Shown here piece after piece: positions 40,624 to 53,048 of a stretch of 64,000 nucleotides of DNA. The translations under genes were made by a program, and so were the position numbers. The stretch is from NCBI GenBank assembly GCA_004022145.1, contig RCNU01000006.1; one strand, 5' to 3'. Every line of letters begins with the position of its first letter. Position 1 is the first letter of the stretch. This stretch comes from Paecilomyces variotii. Taxonomy: Eukaryota. Below the pieces are notes generated by a model. It worked only from the letters and a program-made list of their open reading frames with translations. It made no database searches and was not told where the DNA came from.

Positions 40624-40629
40624 ACGCGT
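40624..40629. promoter_or_regulatory. MCB-type element ACGCGT in the divergent SDC1/FAN1 intergenic region
   Basis: Exact ACGCGT about 240 bp upstream of the FAN1 ATG; a single hexamer, so chance occurrence is possible. Confidence 0.35.
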
Positions 40630-40868
40630 TGCTCAGGGCACGTCTGAGGCGTCAATTTGGCGATCTGGTTCGAGGCTGCAGCTGGAGGGGATTTATTATT
40701 CCGCCATGTTGTTTGGGTAATTGACTACTATTTGATTCTTTGGATGAGTTGGGCTCTATATATCTCTCAAAACAATCGAGGCAAAGGAGTGGACGTGCAG
40801 TTCTTTTCTTCTCCAGGCTAGATTGTCTCTCTCTGGCTAGGAATAATGCTCAGGCGCTTCCTTCTGGT

Positions 40869-43502
40869 ATGTCTCTTCTTGACTTTTGGGATATTCAACG
40901 CCCATCAGCAAAACGGGTGAAAACGGCTGCGCAAGATGAAGTCGTCTCTATTCCTCCGAGTCGACAGGAATCAGACACCATTAATTCCCAGGATAAGGAC
41001 CAGACCCCACTTACTACTACTACTCCGCCGCGCGAGGTCTCAGATCTGGGCCTGATTTCATACCCGGAATTACCTGCCATTGACGACCCTGAGGCTCTAT
41101 TACCAAGCAGCCAGACGGAGCTGGAAACGTCTTTACCTGAGATTGCAACGGATAAAGCTGCCATTGAGAAGTATGAAGCCTCCCAAGCGCAGGATGGCGA
41201 ACTTGGTCTACGCCAAAGATTCGGAGAACGAAAATGGCTGAAGGGAAAGAGCTCCATATATGTCGATGCATTCAACCTTGCACTAGAAACAGTGTTAGAG
41301 GAGGAAGCGCATCTATTCGACGAGGCTGAGATGGAGGTATTCAATCAGTGGAAGGAGCTGTCGTATGAGGCGCAGTATTTGTATGTTCTTGACTGTGCTT
41401 TGTATTCTTTTCTCTTGGTTTTCCGTTTCCTGGTCATTAAATATTTGTGGGAGGTTTTTGTTGCTGATTCTTGATGACAGGTACGTGCGGCTCTTCCTTC
41501 GCAAGACTTATGCATGGCACCGGTTGAACCGCCTTGGCCACTACGACGATGTAACAGATCTACCTGCCGCTGTGGCAGATCTACAGCGCACCCGCAGTCT
41601 CCCAGCGCGGTCCAGGATTAAGAGTGACAACCCTGCTGAGCTTGAGCCTCCAGAAGGCTCGGTTTTGGGGGACTCTTTCAGATTTGCTGAGGGGACTGAG
41701 GATATAACAACGCTTGAAGAAGCTTCTTCATTGCTACTGCTTGAAGAGCTCAAGGGCCTGGCGAGAGAAGCCAAGGTTCAAGGAAAGAACAAAAATGAAC
41801 TTGTCACAGCTTTACGTCAAGCGAGTCAGACCCAAGGGGGACTTGATTGGACTGCTGACCGGACTGAGGGTGGAGGCTCGAACAGAGATTCTCATTTCAC
41901 GAGGAAGATCCTTGATCATACTGGAGATTGTATCAGGCTGTCATCTGCTCCTCTTCGGCTCTTCGAACGCGTTCATCTGGTGTTCTATCGATCCGAAGAA
42001 TGGACCGAAAAGTCCCTCACGACAATTATCCTGGCAAAGATATCGCGCAAGAACTTTCCGGAATACATCGTGTCTCGCTCCAGTGCCATTTTCCCTTCTA
42101 GGGGGGCACTCCTGGAGTTCGAGGCTGCGCTACGGACCCAGTTTCGGATCGACAATATTCTAGAATTCAATGGCACGCCAACCCTCGAGCGACTGCAGAC
42201 GATCAGGGATCTCTGTGAGAAGGTATATCCTCGATGGAAGCATCTACTTGATCTGGAGCAGCGAAAACAGGAGAGCGTGTACGGGACCGGTGAAGGAGCA
42301 TACCTACGTCGCTTCTCCCCAGCTTGGGTTTACACGCGGATTATCCACAAGGGTCTACAACCTCTTGGGCGGTTCAAAGAGCACAAGAGGGAACACGAAC
42401 TTTTGACGGAATTGCTCGACCAGCGTCTGTTCCATTCTGCTAGACGCGGGGGCTGGTATCAGAGAAAAGCTCTCTTGGAAGAACATTATCTCTGGGCTCT
42501 GACGCCCTCGGAAGGACGCAATGAAGAAGCTCAGAAAAAGCACTGGAAGCGAATAGCCTTAAGGACCTGCGAAGAGGGCCTTGAGGATCCTGACTGTCAT
42601 ATTATATACCACTACGATCTGCAAAAGAGGATCACCAAGTTAGAACGGTCCTTGAAAGTGGTTAAAAGAGAGCAGCATGATTTCGGACACGTCATGCTAG
42701 CGAAGCCAGAAGAGCGTGTCATAGAGGGTATCCGTCTGGAGAAGGACGAATCCCCAGCAAATACCTCTTTCTTGAAGACGGGCGGCGAGCCGCTCTCGAA
42801 GAGGGGCCGACCTACCGCATGGGTCGACGAGCAAATGGACGGAGGTGAATGTAGAGTGGAGACTATGTGTCTGAACTGGTATAAGGAACATGGCTGGAAA
42901 GGCTATCATTCTGAAGGAGGCATCGTGCGCACTTTGGTAGGTAGAGCATCTCCCTGATCTTATTGACACACCGCTAACCAGCCATCTAGTTCGGATACCT
43001 CTTCTACGACATCATCTTCTCCTACGTCCCCAACGTCTTCCAAACCCCATTCCAGACCTGTCCACTAGACCTCCACACCGACGCATTCTATCCATCCCGC
43101 GCATCTGAGATAAATCACCGCCTCGCAGAGATCTCCAACGGCGCCGCCGAACGCATCATCCAAGATATACACGCACGCGAATTCCCCAACCAGACCTGCG
43201 CCATTGGCATTGACTGGTCATTCGAGCTCGACGATCTAGTCGAGATCGTGCGGTGTTTCCGCGGCGAGGCCCTGGCGACGATCTGTAAAGTCATGGCGCA
43301 AGAGTATCAGCAGCGGGGAGGGGGGATTCCCGATCTCTTCCTGTGGAATGTCGAGAGGGAAGAGGTTATGTTTGCGGAAGTAAAGTCGGAAAATGATCGG
43401 TTGAGTGATACGCAGCGGTTGTGGATACATGTGCTTATGGGCGCGGGCGTCAAGGTTGAGTTGTGTAATGCGGTTGCGAAGGAGGTTAGGGTGATTAAAT
43501 AG
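40869..43502 (+). CDS. FAN1: Fanconi-associated nuclease 1 homolog (VRR-NUC), 3 exons
   Basis: SSIYVDAFNLAL, YVRLFLRK, RRGGWYQR, GWKGYHSEGG, and C-terminal GGIPDLFLW..FAEVKSENDRLSDTQRLW (PD-(D/E)xK). Introns about 41381-41480 and 42937-42989. Confidence 0.95.
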
Positions 43503-43827
43503 GTCATTCAACTACAATACATCTGATCCCTACTCGGAAGTTTAAGAGAACTACATGAGTCTGAAGAATATGTCGTACAAGTTCCATTTTGTTTTCCGTA
43601 GAAAAGGCTAGACTACCATGTCATAACTTTTGTTCATTCCAAGCCAAGGGGATCCCCGGGCCTGGATGCCTTCGAAAAAACCCTCGTTGTCCGCCTAAGC
43701 GAAACCAAGGATCTGACAAGACTACCTCTTCATGGGGTATGGGAAAACCTCCTTGCCAGAAGTGGACAAATCCCTCCAGACAAAGAATAACCACGCTGCA
43801 AAGTCGAAAGTCGAAAAGGAAACCCCT

Positions 43828-44733
43828 TTACGCGACCAGGGTGCTGGCGGTGGCGCTCTCGTATCTCCAGGTGGGGGGGAGGACACCGACGGTCTTGTAG
43901 TAGCGAGACAGACGGTGGATACGGGACTCGATCAGAATGAGACGGAACTTGCTGTCCTTGTCCTTGCGGTTGCGCTCAAGGTGCTTGCGGACGGCAACGG
44001 CCTGAAGAAACGAATTAGCACTTGAATCTATCTGGAAATGAAAAGGGTTTCTAATATAATCCTCACCTTCTTGATCAGGAAGTAAAGGTCCTCGGGGATC
44101 TCGGGAGCGAGGCCTGTTACATTCAAAATCTCTCTGTCAGCCTATTTCTTGACCAAGCAGAGGCATATGGATAGAGTTGCATTTCTGCAGGACTCTATTT
44201 TGTATATTGAATTCGAGCGAAGGCATTCCAAGGATAGAAACTGGAAAGTCTTGATCGTGGGAGATTATGCGCCAGTGCAATCAAGCCTTCCTAGCTCCAC
44301 CTTTTCTGCCTTTCTCCTTCATCCTATCGATACGATAGGGAGTGCGAGTGGTGTCGTACCGTTGGACTTGAGGATACGGAGGATCTTGTTTCCTGTTGCA
44401 GTCGCATGTTAGAAGCCATGTCCCATTTTTTTTCCCCCGATTTTATATCGGACAGGGCATGAACATACCGGTGACGACCTTGACCTGGGCAATTCCGTGG
44501 CTGTCACGGAGGATAACACCGATCTGAGAGGGGGTAACACCCTTCTTGGCCAGCTTGGAAACTGCGAAAAAAAGAAAAACATCAATATCACTGTCCTTTC
44601 AATATCGAATCGGCCGAAACGTACTCTGCTCAACAACCTGGTCGGGAGTGGTCTTGAGCCATGCTGGGGGGTTGCGAGAGTAGGGGATGGCAGAGGAAGC
44701 AATTCCCTTTCCCTTGGAGTGAAGGCGACCCAT
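43828..44733 (-). CDS. RPS13: 40S ribosomal protein S13 (uS15), 5 exons
   Basis: [75 protein letters not shown]. Introns 44624-44562, 44468-44393, 44359-44114, 44066-44002. Confidence 0.98.
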
Positions 44734-45492
44734 TTTGAATTGGTTGTCGTGAGGGTGAACTTGTCGACGGTGGTGATCTTTGCGCTGGACGGAGGTCGGG
44801 AGCAAAAAGGAAATTCGAACAATTAGAGATTCCGCTGATACTCAGTGTGCGTCCCGGCGAGCCAGGTTGTGGGTCAGGTGACTCGGTGGGCCCGCTGCAA
44901 CGTTTTTCCATCTCCCGACGCGAAGAGTTTATTATCTTCCCAGACAGCACAATCTTTTCGGTTTTCCCCCTCCAAGTACCCAAGACATGAAATCTTTTCG
45001 ACGTTCTGAGTCTGCTCTATGATGAGAGAGCATGAAGGTCGATCTCCTATTCAAACTTACTCATAGTGTGTACTGCCTACAGGGTATTCAGTCAAGGTTA
45101 GTCACTTTTCCCTGCTGCTCGTCGCCTTCTGCAAAACACTATGATGATACAACACCTTTTTACTTTTTATTTCTGGTACCTCTTATGTCAGAAGTGGCGC
45201 CTTACGGTGTCACTTCAATGATCTTAATGGACTTCTGACTCAAATCTCCCAACTACGTTTGCTTCATGTCAATTTTGAAGTGATCTTGCTAACATCAAGA
45301 AGAGTAATAGGGTAATCGATATCTCATTGGATAATTTCGGAATTTCCGATAAATGAGTATATGATGAGGGAAAGTGCGTTGGTTGATGGATAATCCGGAT
45401 CTTTCGTCTACATATCTATTCAATGGAACTTATTTTCTCAAAAATCTTTTGCTTTCTGAACAGTAAATTCATTCCGTAAATGTCGCTTGCTA

Positions 45493-46860
45493 TCAGCAGA
45501 TGAGAGTCTGGATCAAGTCTTCGGGGCCAATGTTGTCTATTATCGCTGTATGGGCTTTTCTGTATCTGTTCCGCCATATACCGTTGCGCCCGGGAGCAAG
45601 GTCGTTGGTATCCAAGCTGTCCTTGATTGCTTCATGGAATTTGAGCATTGCTTGGTTGTTCCAGCCGTACATGTGCGCTACCTGATCTGCAAGCAGGGTA
45701 TGGGTTCGATATTCTCCGTAGCCAGCCTTTGCGCATTCATCGATCATTTTGCGAATCGCCGCAACTGCTTTGAGTTTGTCATCCTCGTTACCACCGCAGA
45801 CAATGTTGACAACAAGGTGCATCTCTCTGTTGGCGATGCAGTAAGTCGGAAACAGGTCGAATCCCTATTCTGCATGAAAACGGGTGCCGATATCCAGAAT
45901 TTTTCTTCACATCTTCCCGTCCTGTCGGGCAGATTGGCACGAAGAAGAGATGACCTGCATTCTTCTTCCAGTTCCTTGATTTATGCGACCCCTGAACAGA
46001 CTTGTACCGGAGAATCCAGGTAATGGTCTTCAGGAACGTCATCTGGGAAGAGGAAGTGGGCGCCGTGAATCGTGTAGAATTCTTTCTCGACCGTTTCGAG
46101 CGTGTCCTGGATTTGTTTCTGCGTCCCGTATAGACTTCCTGTTTAGAATGTCTGTCTAGCTCGACAAGATACTAGTCGTGCATTGTATCTCGCCATAGAA
46201 ACCCAATAGCAGCCACCGCAAGGCATCGTTAATGTGTATGGCGAATAACTTCCCGGGATCTGGCTTGAACGCCGGTAAAATACCTCCCTTTTTTCCTGTG
46301 ACAGCTAGTTCCTGGATAACATGTCAGATCTCGAAGGATCTTCTTCATCATCAACGGTTTTATGGTCTCTACGATCTCCCCGAAGTCGTCACCATTTCGG
46401 AAGGTGACCATGAAAGTCAGTTTGAGGCATCAACCAGAACCCCATCTTCGTCATAATGCCAAAATTGGATTGACTGTAAGTGCGTATCCATACTGGAAAG
46501 CTCTCCAGGTTGGATTATCTGTGCCATTGGGGCCTGGCAATGCTCCCATTCTGGTTTTGATAACCTCGCCGTTTGGCAGGAGGACCTAGTTTATAAACAT
46601 CAATATGTGGTATTTACTAGGTGGTGAAACAAACACTTATCCCCATCAAATGAGCTCCGGTACTATATTCATAAAACTGATCTTGTCATCATACCGTATG
46701 GAGTATATCCAACACTGTCATTTAGGACGACATATTTTGAGCCCAGTATCTTTTACATTTCGTCAATAGTTGCATAGGACTTTTCGCGTTTTGACTCTGG
46801 TGGAAGCGCCGGCAGCTCGCCCTTGCGCGCTGTCACTAAAGACACTGTCCGATTGGAGTA
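45493..46860 (-). pseudogene. Vanillyl-alcohol oxidase (VAO/PCMH flavoprotein family) pseudogene
   Basis: Fragments LPALPP, VGYTPYG, VLLPNGEVIKTRMGALP, QSNFGIMTKMGFWLMP, REMH, GYGEYRTH, IKDSLD..LAPGRNGIW. Stops and frameshifts; most of the FAD-binding region between VVLND and VGYTPY appears deleted. Confidence 0.85.
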
Positions 46861-47401
46861 CAATGAGACGAGGGAGCTGTTGCCTCTTCTAGTAGACGTT
46901 GACTAACTTAATGCCAGAGTGGCGAGAATCTGAAAGGACGGGGGAGGCTGGATAGCCTGCTGGGCATTAAGTATGCTTCGAGGCCATAGCAGTTTAGATC
47001 CTAGTGAGTGCCTGTTAGCTGAGATTCCAGCACTTGCCTTCTGGCAGGAATAAAGCTTCACTTATCCTTTCTCATAGCCAATCTGGTGCTCTCGGGAAAG
47101 TACCAGATTACCGAGTTCACTCTTCTACACCAGTACGGAGATCCCCCATCCCCCGGTCTGAGCATTCGGGGAAATGTAAACGACCGCGCATAAACCACCA
47201 ACCACCCGAGGCATCCATGATCCCCTCCTCTTCCTTCTTCTCCACATCTCCGCTTTTTCCCCCAGAAACCATTTAGCCATAATGTCTTAGCATGCCTTCC
47301 CCGGATCACCCCACGTAGACCAGTTCCAGGGTATTGCAGCATCTATGCTGTGCTGTAAAGACGATATTTCCGCTCAAAAAAGACCTCTTTGATCCGGCTG
47401 C

Positions 47402-49711
47402 ATGGCAGAAAATATTGATACTGAGCCTCATACAAACGACACGCCGATCACTCCTGCGAGGCGTGGGTCGCAAAATGCCGAAAAGGTGACTAGAGCGTGT
47501 GATAATTGTATGTCACCGCGGTGAAACCTTTAGTTGAGAACCGGACCCGCTAATATCATGCAGGCTCGAAATCAAAGTCGAAATGCTTGCTGAGGCCGGA
47601 TTCAAGGACGTGTGAGAATTGCAAGTTCCTGGAAGTGCCCTGTACTTTTCTTCGTACGGTAAAGAAAAGAGGACCGCCTAAGGGGTATGTTAATACCCTT
47701 GAGCAGAGACTTTCCAGCCTTGAGAATATTATCACAGGGCTCCAAGCGAATGCTCCTAGATATGGCACGCCAGACTCTATTGGTCATCGTGTGAAGCGTC
47801 AGGCGAGAGAAGAAGATGTTCAGCCAGCTGAATCAAATCAGAGACTTGTCTCTGCATCGGAAGTTGAAGATGGTCGAACGGAGCGTTCGACGGTGCTCGG
47901 ATACCTCTCCATAGATGAGAACATGACGATGAGATACCATGGACCAACTTCGGGGCTGCATCTCATCACTTCTTCTCGTATATTTGCATCTCCGTTTTGG
48001 CAATTCGCCAATCCCGGCTTCTGGCCTCGCAGCAAGCGGACGATTTTCCGAACGGAAGACGACATAGTATCAGCCGCTGATGCGGTAGTCGGTGGCATCC
48101 TTCCCAATCTTCATGTACAAGACAAACTACTGGAGTCTGTATCCCCTTGGTATTTTGTCCAGCTTGTTCTGACGTATCACAGGGCCTATTGGAACCATAT
48201 CCATCCGTCATTCCCTATAATCCACAGAGAAACCTTTCTCTTCCAGCTGAATAAAGACCGGAAAAAGATCCCTCGTATGGGGCGGTCCGCACTCGATCAG
48301 CTTGAGCGCCGTATACCCCAAGTTCTGCTTCTGGCGATGTTTTCTCTCTCAGCAAGATTCGTAGAGAGCTATGAACCGCAAGAAGACAGCGACCCGGGGG
48401 ATGCTTATGCGACTAGAGCAGAGAGCCTTATTGCTCAACATAGTACGCAGCCGTGCTCCAACATGGTCTTTGGATTCGTCTAATTTATAGCAGAACAAAG
48501 TACCCTCCACATCTGCCTAGCCATTCTCTTGATGGCTTATCGTGAGATAGGTACAGGCGGATCGAGCAGCTGGATGTATGTGGGAAATGCCATCAGAATG
48601 GTTAGATATACTATGGACTTTGGGGCGCTGCTGCTAATATAGACTTAGGCTCAAGACCTAGGACTTCACAGGGATCCTTCCATCTGGAAGAACGTGGCCT
48701 GCTTCAAGAACATGCCTTTGATTGAGATGCAGATACGACGTTCAATCTGGTGGGGCATCTTCGTCCTTGACAGATATATCTCAGCGTGGCAAGGCCGCCC
48801 TTGCGGTATTCATGAAGACGATTTTGACACCAAACTCCCCGAGGATATACTTCACGGTGCGAGGGATGTTTATGTAACCTGCTTCAAGGAAGTTATCCGG
48901 TTATGTAGGTGCTTCCGCTTGATTATAGCGAGTCGATACTGACTAGCTGCTAGCCCTGATACAAGGTCGGATTCACAAAGCCTTCTATTCTGTCGGCACT
49001 AGACCAGAAAGCCAAGAAAAACTGAAAGATTTTGAACGGGACCTCGATGTATGGGAGTCTCAGCTACCAGAGTGTCTGGCAGTGCGACACGAGCCTGGAA
49101 TCCAAATTCCCGTGGCTGTCATAGCACTGCACGCGCAGTTCTGGAGCTGTAAAGTCTTGCTACACCGTCCATTGTAGGCCACAATATCCCCTTATGGCCA
49201 TTATTCTCCGCTAACATGATTGTTTTGTAGTCTAGACATATCCGACGAACCTCGCACGAATTCGTCTTTATTCACGGCGACATCCGCTGCAGTAGCCATC
49301 TCAAACCTCGTCCAGCGTTTTAACTCTTCTTACAATGCAAACTTTGCCCCTCCATTTCTTAACTACTATGTTTTCACCGCGACGATAATGCATCTCTTCA
49401 ACCGTTCAATGTACCCTCTCCTCTTCTCCCAGGCTGCTCTCACCCATTGTACAGACTGCTGCCGAATGATGAGCACTATCTGGTCCAGTGCAGCGAGGAC
49501 GCTGCATATCATACAGGGTGTTGATCGTGAGGTTGAAGATACGCTCCCTGTAGTATCTACTAGTACTTCGGAGAGAACTGAGATGATATCTAATTCTTGG
49601 CCGTCGCCGATAGCCGATCCAGATTGGTTGTCGTTGGAGACATGGAGAATGGATACGAATCCTTCGGACGAGATGATTCCCACGACGTATTTTCAACCAG
49701 GTCAGGCGTGA
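47402..49711 (+). CDS. Zn(II)2Cys6 transcription factor with fungal-specific TF domain, multi-exon
   Basis: RACDNC|R..KSKC......TCENC......CTF..KKRGP split by an intron; YHGPTSGLHL, YWNHIHPSFPIIH, AQDLGLHRD, RRSIWWGIFVLDR..GRP, LLHRP. Confidence 0.92.
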
Positions 49712-50175
49712 TGCTTTTCTTCTTGTTCTTCTTTTTTCCCTGTGTATAGCTTTTATAGTGGTGATAGTTTCTGCGTGCAATTGGTTAATATGATCTTGAT
49801 TTTATCTTCTAATCTTTGCTAGTTTTATTCCGGTAGTTGATTCTCAATAGTAAATGCTATCTTCGTGCAGACCACCCAGTGTAGCTAGAATGCAAATGCA
49901 TTTGCCTTATCGGCACCAAATCAATTACCTACATTTTCTGCGGAACATGCTGATGAGTCCTGCGATCACCCGGGGATATATTCTGGCGCGGAGAAACCAG
50001 ATTCCAGAATATTAACTTCAGAGCCCTTTGTATTACACAGTCGGTCAATAATAGCCGGTAAACTACCCCGGGTGTTATACTGCCAGATAAGAATAAATAG
50101 AAGACAATGTAAGTATGAGGCTCTCTGAATTACCGCTTCTAAACTAGTTACGTTTCCTGGATTATTAGAGACACA

Positions 50176-51704
50176 ATGTTGACAGAACGACCTTCAGATG
50201 ACCGCCAACGAGTCATCATCGTCGGTGCCGGACTGGGTGGCCTAGCATGTGCGATGGCAATGCACCACCAGGGACTCGAGGTTCTGATATTCGAAAAGGT
50301 ACGCGAATTCTTCCGGTTAGGTGACAGTTTGGGACTTGGTGAAAATGCTCTCAAATTGTTGGAGAGATGGGGATTGCGGGAGCAGCTCGTCGCCATTGGA
50401 AATAAGAATCCGAACATGAATATCCGCAGGTGGAACGATGGGAAAATCCTGGTGACACAGCCGTTAATGGTGAGGGAGCTGGGACGAAATAGCTGAATTA
50501 GTTCGCTTGTCTAATTCTCTGCCAGGACATGGCAGGATATATCGGACATCGCGGCGACTACCATGTCTGCTTCATCGACCGCGTGGAAGAATTGGGAATG
50601 ACCATCAACATGGGACATGAAGTCATCTCTTACGATGAAGATGCTCCTAGTATCACACTCAAAGATGGACGGACTTTCTATGCTGATCTTATTGTCGGTG
50701 CGGATGGGATCAAGTCTCGGGCAAGGGAGCTTGTTCTTGGCTTCAGTGATGCTCCAAAGAGTTCCGGTTATGCTTGCTATCGGGCCTTCTTGAAGGGTGA
50801 TATCTTGAAAGATGTTCCAGAATGCCAACCCATCCTGAACCGTGACTGCGTCAATATCTGGATTGGAGAAGACATGCACTTGGTGCAGAATACACTGAGA
50901 GACGGTGGGGAGTTCAACTGGATTATAACTCATAAGGACACTGAAGACATCAAGGAAAGCTGGTTCCAGCCTGGGAACATGAATGATGTCCGAAGCCTGG
51001 TCAAGGATTGGGACCCTACAATCACGTCCGCTATTAATGTTACCCCCAGTTGCCTCGACTGGAAGATTTGTTATCGTGCTCCTCTCCCGACATGGGTTAG
51101 CAAGAGCGGGAAGATCGCACTGTTAGGTGATAGTTGTCATCCTCACCTTCCAACTAGTGCTCAGGGTGCATCTCAGGCGACCGAGAGTGGTGCTGTTCTA
51201 GCATTGTGTTTGACACTAGCAGGGAAAGGAAACGTGCCGTTAGCAGTATGTATTAATATCATCATCATCCTTCAGGATGGTTTCTGATTATTCACAGACA
51301 AGAGTATATGAGAAGCTCCGTTTTGACCGTGTTCGACAGTCGCAACTTTCGGGAGAGGACTTGCGGAATCGATGGCACAACGCCCTCAAACTTCTAAGGG
51401 ACGGAGAACAGCTCGATCCTGACGACATCAAGATTAAGGTAGGAATCAATGGCTTTCTTCTAATTAGATTGTCTTCTGACGAGCTGCTTAGAATCGGTGG
51501 CTGTACCCCTTCGATGCCGAAGCAGATACCCGAGATCCATGGGATGAAATGAGTGCAAAGGTGAAAAAGGAGCTGGAAACTGGCCATGTTACACCACTCT
51601 TTGGAGATGACGGTCCCCCGAGAGTTCTCACAGTGCGCGATGCTTACGGAAAGGTCAAGTCTAATGTGACGGAGTATTCCATTCTACCCAGCCTGACTGT
51701 GTAG
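50176..51704 (+). CDS. FAD-dependent aromatic monooxygenase (salicylate hydroxylase-like), 4 exons
   Basis: Rossmann IIVGAGLGGL, DG motif DLIVGADGIKS, GD motif LLGDSCHPHLPTSAQGASQATE. Three GT-AG introns; TAG 51702-51704. Confidence 0.93.
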
Positions 51705-53048
51705 CGTGGATCTGGAATGGTGCTTACAGAGACTCTAACGCAGTGATTCCTTATATGGTTACTCGGTATATCCTCTAGTGGTTTATGTGTTATCCTCACT
51801 GGGTTCTACTACATTCGTTGTTCTGCCCTCAGTTACCTCATTCTGAAGCAGAGAGGTTTTCTTAGTCTTCTGACATTTTCGAGCACTAGGTTAAGGGAAT
51901 CTTTTATAGTTGCAAAACCTTCTCCCGAACTGCTAGTGAAGAAATCCTAGCGTATTGACATTGTACATTTCAATCTTGGGGCAGACCCTCCCCCGCGTCC
52001 ACAATGTAATACAATTTGATACTTTCCAGCAACTCATGTAACAGGACCCAGTATAGTGTCTCTTTAATATGTGTTTGCGCCCTGAGAATCAATATAAGTT
52101 GCTTGCATACCTACAACCGGCATTTCCTGTGGATGGCGAAGAGATTCGAAGACTGCCAAGCACCCGAGGAGGTAGCTAAGAGATATACACCGATATGTCT
52201 ATAGTTGCTGAATATTCAGAGCCCTGTGAACCTGGTTCTGCGCGGTAGTTATCAGCTCCAAGAGCGCGGCTGATGCTGATTGAAGTGGAGAAACATGAGT
52301 TTCGTTGGAAACTATCCAATTCAATGCATTTCATCACTTTATGTCACTATTTAGCGCATTCCCTCTGAACACAGTCAAAGACCAGAATAGTCATTCAATA
52401 CCAGGTCGCACCGGGATCCGGTCTTCTACCTGTAGACCGAGAAGCGCAATTATATTGGACATAATTTCGCTTAGCTATACATCACCTGTAGGCAGAACTA
52501 TCTAGGCGCCATTATTGCCATACCCAGTCTAGGGACTATGCCCAATACGGTCCCGTATATTTCACTTTCCATGGAACTCTAACTGTAGATCCCAATGTTT
52601 TTATGAGCAGGACTATATATGCTCAGCTTTCGACTGCATTGTGGGTTTTCTCCTTTATACAAAACATCTTTCTATCTACAATCTGGACTACATTGCATCT
52701 CCACTTCAATAGCATATAGCCGCATCTTATACTCATCATTGCATTATCATCACATTTCTTACTAGCTTGTTGATCTATTCTGGGCATCAGCAGATATATT
52801 GAGACATCATTCATCCACTGATATAGTGTAAGTGAATTACTCTCCTATCTACAGCACTGAATAGCAACGTGCATCCTATTATTCGCGACAGATATTATAT
52901 ATCTACCATCTCCTATCTGGCGCATTATATCTATTACATCCCTCCATTCTACTATACGAGGCTTCTACTCTTTTGGCTACCATATATTTCTACATCTTCT
53001 CTGACTTCCACCACTGACAATCTATCAAGAATATACATCACCACGAAA

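Noticed and set aside
46906-46972. 10-bp inverted repeat ACTTAATGCC/GGCATTAAGT
   Set aside because: Too short, with no target-site duplication or second copy seen; could be chance.
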